Source of the DNA: Acaryochloris marina S15
GTDB taxonomy: Bacteria; Cyanobacteriota; Cyanobacteriia; Thermosynechococcales; Thermosynechococcaceae
Length of the DNA: 24,000 nt
Assembly: GCF_018336915.1 (NCBI RefSeq)
Contig: NZ_CP064923.1
Span: 4,656,822-4,680,821, forward strand
Direction: 5' to 3'
In this document: positions 19,212-24,000 of the stretch, in pieces
Layout of the letters: the number at the start of each line of letters is the position of its first letter
Numbering within the stretch: position 1 is the stretch's first letter
The notes under the pieces: model-generated
Seen by the model: the letters and a program-made list of their open reading frames with translations, nothing else
Database searches by the model: none
What the model was told of the DNA's origin: nothing
Position numbers and translations under genes: made by a program

Positions 19212-21991
19212 TGCAGAAACAAAAACTTCTAGGCCTCCTCGGGGTCTCCGGTGCCCTGGTCTTGTTTGGCGGCCTGATTGCCAAAAGCTTATCCGTTGAC
19301 AACCAACAGCATCAGCAATATCGCACCTTAATGGCTCAACAGTTGGACAAAGATGCCACTGTTAACCAAAGTGTCCTTAAAGCCAGATATGCGTTATTGA
19401 CCTCCTACGATCCCCTCGTCCGGGCTATGTCCGAACAGCTCGATTTACAGGAGGATCTCAAGCAAGTTCCTGGGTTTATTGGCAATCAACAGACCCTTTT
19501 ATCTCAGCTCAGCGAGAACAACCAAGTCTTTACTCAGAAAGAAGAGTTAGTTGAATCTTTCAAATCCAAGAACGCTATCCTCAAAAACTCCTTAACCTAC
19601 TTACCAGAGCTAGTAAAAGAGGTTCGCACGGGCTCTGCAAAAGGAATATCCGGGGATGAGGCGATTCAGCTGGAAAGCCTATTAGATAATGTCTTACTGT
19701 ACAGCTTGTCGTCAGATGAAGATCTAGTTTCCCAGATCGAAACCCAAATCGCTCAATTAAAGGGTAAAAAATCCAAGGGCATTCAATTGGCCCTTGCCCA
19801 TACCCAGATGATTCTGGAGTACAAGCCCCAGGTCGATGCCTTAACCCGCGATATTCTGAAGCTGCCCACGGCCAAAGCCATCAGCACTTTAGAAACGGCT
19901 TATATCAATCAATATGATGGGGCAACTCAAACAGCCGACCTATTTCGACTACTCAGCTTCGGCTGCTTGTTAGTTCTCGTCAGTGGCGGTGCCTATTTGG
20001 TAGTGCGGCAACAGCGTCGTTCTAGTGAGCGGGTATCCGGTATTCTCAGCAGTTTGACCGATGCCTTTGTGGCTCTGAATCCCCAGTGGCAAATCACGTA
20101 TATCAACGATAAAGCCGCTGAGATTCTGCAAGAAGATCCCGTACAGTTGCTCAACCAAGATTTCTGGCAAAGTTTTCCTGACCTCCTGGGTGCCGATCAT
20201 TTAACTGAGTATCGACAAGCCCTGAAAGAGAAAACCAAGACCTCCTTCGAGGTGTTTTATCCCCCCAGCAAAATGTGGTTGGAGATTCGCGTCTATCCCA
20301 GCGTGGACGGACTATCCTTGTTCTTCCAAGATGTGACGATGCGCAAGGAGGCTGAAGACAGCCTGAAGCAAATGAACCAAGAGCTAGAGACCCGGGTCAA
20401 GGCTCGTACATCTCAGTTAGCATCCAGTATGGAAGCCGCCGAAGAAGCGCGGGAGAAAGCGGAAGAAGCCAATAAGAGTAAGAGTGAATTCTTGGCCAAT
20501 ATGAGCCATGAACTCCGAACTCCCCTCAACGCCATTATTGGTTACAGCGAAATGCTGGAAGAGGATGCCGAGGATATGGGACAAGATGACTTTGTCCCCG
20601 ATTTACAGAAAATTTCTGGGTCGGCAAAGCATCTTCTAGAACTGATCAACTCTGTTCTAGACCTCTCGAAGGTCGAAGCGGGACGCATGGAACTCTATTT
20701 AGAGTCCTTTGAAATCGCCCCCATGGTCAGAACCATTGCTGCCACCTTACAGCCTATTGCCGAGAAGCAAAGCAACATGGTTTCCCTGCATTGTCCTGAG
20801 AATATTGGGACGCTGTATGCTGACCAAACCAAAGTTCGTCAGAGTTTGTACAACTTACTCAGTAATGCCTGTAAGTTCACACAATCCGGCGAAGTGAGCC
20901 TCACCGTATCGGAAGATGCTGGGGAAGAGATTGTCTTTAGCATTAGAGATACTGGCATTGGCATGACCCCAGAACAGCTGGAAAAAGTGTTCAAAGCCTT
21001 TACCCAAGCAGATGCGTCCACTACCCGCAAATATGGGGGAACCGGACTGGGCCTCACTATCACCAAGCAGTTCATTGAGATGATGGGCGGGCATATTTCG
21101 GTAACCAGCCAATATGGCTACGGCACCGAGTTTACGATCCATATTCCTCGCCAAGTGGAATCAGAAACTGCAGCATCCATTCCAACTCCATCTGCGCCCA
21201 TCGAACTGAGTAAGATTTCTTTACCCAAAACGGCGAAAGGACAGCCGGGTGGGACAGTACTCGTGATTGATGATGACGAGTATGCCCGTGACATCATGCA
21301 GCGGTTTTTAACAGATGCTGGTTATGATGCGGTGGTATCGCCTTCGGGGATAGAGGGGCTACAGCTGGCTGAAGATCTCATGCCTGACATGATTATTTTG
21401 GATGTCTTGATGCCAGAACTCGATGGCTGGTCAGTCCTTCAGAATCTCAAGGGCAGTGCCAAATTAGCAGATATCCCCGTTATTATGATGACGATGGTGG
21501 ATGCCGAAAAAGTCGGTTTCTCCCTGGGTGCGACTGACTTCCTGACCAAACCCTTACAGCGAGATCGGCTACTGGAACTGTTGGATAAATATGTCACAAC
21601 AGCAGATCGCAACTGGATGTTAGTGATTGAGGATGACCTGCCTTCCCAGGAAATGCTAGGTCGCATACTCGAACGGGAAGATTGGCCCTACAAAACAGCG
21701 GGCAATGGCAAACAAGCCCTCGAAGTCCTCGGTGATCATGGCGTCCCAGATTTAATTTTCTTAGATCTGATGATGCCAGAGATGGATGGCTTTGAGTTCC
21801 TGAAGGTACTGCGGCAAAATCCAGACTGGCAGAATGTCCCTGTGATTGTGGTTTCGGCGAAAGATCTCACAGCCAGTGAGCGTCTAGAGCTGGGAGATGC
21901 GGTCCAAAGTATTCACCAAAAAGGACAGCTCGATCGCGAGGAATTGCTAGAAGAGGTTCAAGACTTTATCGAAATTGCCGCTGGTAATTAG
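19211..21991 (+). CDS. Membrane hybrid histidine kinase: DAHL-like periplasmic domain, TM, PAS, HisKA, HATPase_c, REC, REC
   Basis: Two TM segments flank an all-helical domain starting [46 protein letters not shown]; H-box [24 protein letters not shown]; N/G boxes [29 protein letters not shown]; two receivers ([27 protein letters not shown]). Confidence 0.94.
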   Translation: MQKQKLLGLLGVSGALVLFGGLIAKSLSVDNQQHQQYRTLMAQQLDKDATVNQSVLKARYALLTSYDPLVRAMSEQLDLQEDLKQVPGFIGNQQTLLSQLSENNQVFTQKEELVESFKSKNAILKNSLTYLPELVKEVRTGSAKGISGDEAIQLESLLDNVLLYSLSSDEDLVSQIETQIAQLKGKKSKGIQLALAHTQMILEYKPQVDALTRDILKLPTAKAISTLETAYINQYDGATQTADLFRLLSFGCLLVLVSGGAYLVVRQQRRSSERVSGILSSLTDAFVALNPQWQITYINDKAAEILQEDPVQLLNQDFWQSFPDLLGADHLTEYRQALKEKTKTSFEVFYPPSKMWLEIRVYPSVDGLSLFFQDVTMRKEAEDSLKQMNQELETRVKARTSQLASSMEAAEEAREKAEEANKSKSEFLANMSHELRTPLNAIIGYSEMLEEDAEDMGQDDFVPDLQKISGSAKHLLELINSVLDLSKVEAGRMELYLESFEIAPMVRTIAATLQPIAEKQSNMVSLHCPENIGTLYADQTKVRQSLYNLLSNACKFTQSGEVSLTVSEDAGEEIVFSIRDTGIGMTPEQLEKVFKAFTQADASTTRKYGGTGLGLTITKQFIEMMGGHISVTSQYGYGTEFTIHIPRQVESETAASIPTPSAPIELSKISLPKTAKGQPGGTVLVIDDDEYARDIMQRFLTDAGYDAVVSPSGIEGLQLAEDLMPDMIILDVLMPELDGWSVLQNLKGSAKLADIPVIMMTMVDAEKVGFSLGATDFLTKPLQRDRLLELLDKYVTTADRNWMLVIEDDLPSQEMLGRILEREDWPYKTAGNGKQALEVLGDHGVPDLIFLDLMMPEMDGFEFLKVLRQNPDWQNVPVIVVSAKDLTASERLELGDAVQSIHQKGQLDREELLEEVQDFIEIAAGN

Positions 21992-22037
21992 ATAGAGACC
22001 TTGAGACTATTCCGGTAAATTCCACTCCGCCTAATCC

Positions 22038-22073
22038 CAGAAGCCAGAGCCCAAGAAATCGCTCTGGCTTCTG
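22038..22073 (+). terminator. Strong hairpin downstream of the peroxidase-histidine kinase operon
   Basis: Perfect 13-bp inverted repeat CAGAAGCCAGAGC / GCTCTGGCTTCTG with a 10-nt loop, about 46 bp after the kinase stop. No clear U-tract (followed by ctgttat). Confidence 0.6.
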
Positions 22074-22256
22074 CTGTTATAGACTGCGGCCCATCAGTTC
22101 AAAGCTGGGAGGTAAGCCTATTATCCTTCGCAGCTATGTTTGCTACCGCCCTCATTTTTCAAAGAATGAGTCTGGCATAGATCCAAGCATGGGCAGGTTA
22201 CGTATATCTAATCAGTAGGCGTTAGCGCCACTCAGTATCGTCATGGGAAATCAGTC

Positions 22257-22754
22257 ATGAAATTCAACTGCCGGCCCGTCGGAATAGAGTTTCTGGACAA
22301 TGCGCCCGTTCAATTTGTGAATCAGGTGGAACTCGCCGCATCACCAGCCCAGGTATTTGCGATCTTTGAGAAAGCAGAGGCATGGCCCCTCTGGTACAAA
22401 GAAATTGTCAAGGTGGAATGGCATGGTCCTCAACCCTATGGTGTCGGCACCACTCGCACGGTCAAGCTGACCACAGTAACCGTAGAAGAACATTTCTTTG
22501 TCTGGGAGCAGAACGAGCGCTTGGCGTTTTGCTTCACAGCCATGAGCCTTCCCCTCGTCCATGCCTTAGTTGAAGAATATCGACTCACTCCCCTGGGGGA
22601 ACATCGGAGTCAATTCACTTATAAAGTTGGCTTAGAACTCTCATTTTGGCTGCGTTTGGGCGGGCCATTGATTCTCAAGGTCTACGAGAAGATGTTTCGG
22701 CAAGCGACAACAAATTTAGCGGAGTATATCCTGAATCAACCCGTTATCCCCTAA
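22257..22754 (+). CDS. SRPBCC (START/Bet v1-like) family protein
   Basis: VNQVELAASPAQVFAIFEKAEAWPLWYKEIVKVEWHGPQPYGVGTTRTVKL... is the typical polyketide-cyclase/SRPBCC N-terminal pattern. Confidence 0.82.
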   Translation: MKFNCRPVGIEFLDNAPVQFVNQVELAASPAQVFAIFEKAEAWPLWYKEIVKVEWHGPQPYGVGTTRTVKLTTVTVEEHFFVWEQNERLAFCFTAMSLPLVHALVEEYRLTPLGEHRSQFTYKVGLELSFWLRLGGPLILKVYEKMFRQATTNLAEYILNQPVIP

Positions 22755-22846
22755 CATCGGATTGTCTCGCAACCTTGTGGCCAATGCCTTGAACATTTGA
22801 GGGAGTATAAACACTCTAGACTCAGATCAAAGCCAAAAAATTGAGA

Positions 22847-23488
22847 TTACCAATACTGCCAAGCTGAATTAGTCAGAATATAAACCCCTAGAGCAAGATT
22901 CGTCGTGCTATGGGCAATTATGCAGGCATAAAGACTCTTAGTGGCCTTGAGCAAAAGGGTATACAGAACTGCACAAATAATGGCGACAAGCCACTCGCTA
23001 TGGAGCAGGCCAAACAAGATAGATGAAATGGCAAACGCCCCCCAGGTAAAGGTACCCACGGGTATTTTCTGAAATTCAGGTACGCTCAAGTATCGCAGGA
23101 GAAAAGACCGCCAAAAGATCTCCTCCATAATCGGCACCATCACCACCAAACCATAGAAGCGGAAAGCCAAAAAGACCGGCAAGATCCAGCCTTGCAAGCT
23201 GACGAAGGGATTGTAGCCGACTCGCTCGCCTAAATGGGGATAGGGTATCCACTGATCGAAGAGAATCCATTCAGCAAAAACGATGAGACCGACTGCGATC
23301 GCAGTTATCGTTACCTTGGCACTCGGTCGTATATCCTGCCAGGGGCGAGCCAAAAGTCCCAGCAGCATAGACACCACAATCACCTTTACCCCATAGAGCC
23401 AGGGATAGGCACCAGGCCATACCCCTTCCACAGTGGTAATCAACATAAAAGTAGCCATCGGGGCTACATAGGCAACCCAAGGCGGCAT
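22847..23488 (-). CDS. CPBP family glutamic-type intramembrane protease (CAAX-protease-related)
   Basis: Multi-TM protein with motif 1 EEIFWRSFLLRYL, motif 2 FGLLHSEW(L) and HSTTNLALG. Confidence 0.87.
   Translation of the reverse strand: MPPWVAYVAPMATFMLITTVEGVWPGAYPWLYGVKVIVVSMLLGLLARPWQDIRPSAKVTITAIAVGLIVFAEWILFDQWIPYPHLGERVGYNPFVSLQGWILPVFLAFRFYGLVVMVPIMEEIFWRSFLLRYLSVPEFQKIPVGTFTWGAFAISSILFGLLHSEWLVAIICAVLYTLLLKATKSLYACIIAHSTTNLALGVYILTNSAWQYW
23295..23302. repeat. HIP1 palindrome GCGATCGC
   Basis: Exact match inside the CPBP protease gene. Confidence 0.95.
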
Positions 23489-23512
23489 ATCAATACGTAG
23501 CTCGCGTAAAAT

Positions 23513-24000
23513 TTATGACTCGAGCATAACCGATGATTTCACATTCGCTGTGTCTTGATTAGTTAAGCTGCGGCGCATGGCTTCCACAAATCGACTGACA
23601 CGAATGGGATCAATAGGCTGATCGATCTGACCACGACGCTTAAGGGAGCTAGACACAATGGCTCCATGGGCAGATTGAATCAAGCTAGGAATGTTTTCCC
23701 AATTAGCACCACTGCCAATAAAGACAGGAACGTCTTTGGCGGCATCAATCGCCAATTCTAAATCACCCAAATTGGGCGGACTACCCGTTTCCCAACCAGA
23801 GATAATAATGCCATCCGCCAACCCCCGCTCGATGGTTTCATGCACCGTTGTGGTCAGATTGGGAGAGCCCAAAGGACGGGCATGTTTGACGAGGACATCG
23901 GCAAAAATCTTGACGTCGCTCCCCAGTTCGCGGCGATACCGGAGTAGACGGTGGGCTTCCCCTTCAATCAACCCTTGATCCGTTTCCATCACCCCTGTCA
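23513..24000 (-). CDS. btpA: BtpA family protein (photosystem I biogenesis), partial, N-terminus beyond the right edge
   Basis: Open frame to the window edge. ETDQGLIEGEAHRLLRYRRELGSDVKIFADVLVKHARPLG...LADGIIISGWETGSPPNLGDL...VPVFIGSGANWENI is characteristic of BtpA/SgcQ TIM-barrel proteins. Confidence 0.9.
   Translation of the reverse strand, partial: TGVMETDQGLIEGEAHRLLRYRRELGSDVKIFADVLVKHARPLGSPNLTTTVHETIERGLADGIIISGWETGSPPNLGDLELAIDAAKDVPVFIGSGANWENIPSLIQSAHGAIVSSSLKRRGQIDQPIDPIRVSRFVEAMRRSLTNQDTANVKSSVMLES

Noticed and set aside
20709-21154. Short ORFs on both strands inside the hybrid kinase
   Set aside because: They fall within the conserved HisKA/HATPase coding region and look like shadow frames.
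1-24000. CRISPR arrays, transposases, phage genes, toxin-antitoxin pairs, BGC or defence islands
   Set aside because: No direct-repeat/spacer pattern, integrase/transposase motifs or recognised defence proteins were visible; gene content is largely core metabolism and signalling.

Overview
This 24 kb window looks like a cyanobacterial chromosomal segment. The evidence is six HIP1 palindromes (GCGATCGC), BtpA, a ferrochelatase with a C-terminal chlorophyll-binding-like helix, and a cyanobacterial-type fused ThiE. The content is mostly housekeeping: an ABC-F ATPase fragment, trypsin-TPR protein, GNAT acetyltransferase, ClpC, CDF transporter, RlpA-like protein, TtcA-like protein, DUF3747 protein, ThiE/ThiS, HemH, SRPBCC protein, CPBP protease and a partial BtpA. 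The most interesting region is 15.4-22.0 kb. There a Rieske-type lipoprotein and a REC-REC-(degenerate kinase) protein form a minus-strand pair. Divergent to them, a di-heme cytochrome c peroxidase/MauG-like protein is translationally coupled to a DAHL-PAS-HisKA-HATPase-REC-REC hybrid histidine kinase. I treat these four genes as a candidate redox-linked signalling module; that link is an inference from gene order and domain content. I saw no tRNA, rRNA, CRISPR array or transposase.
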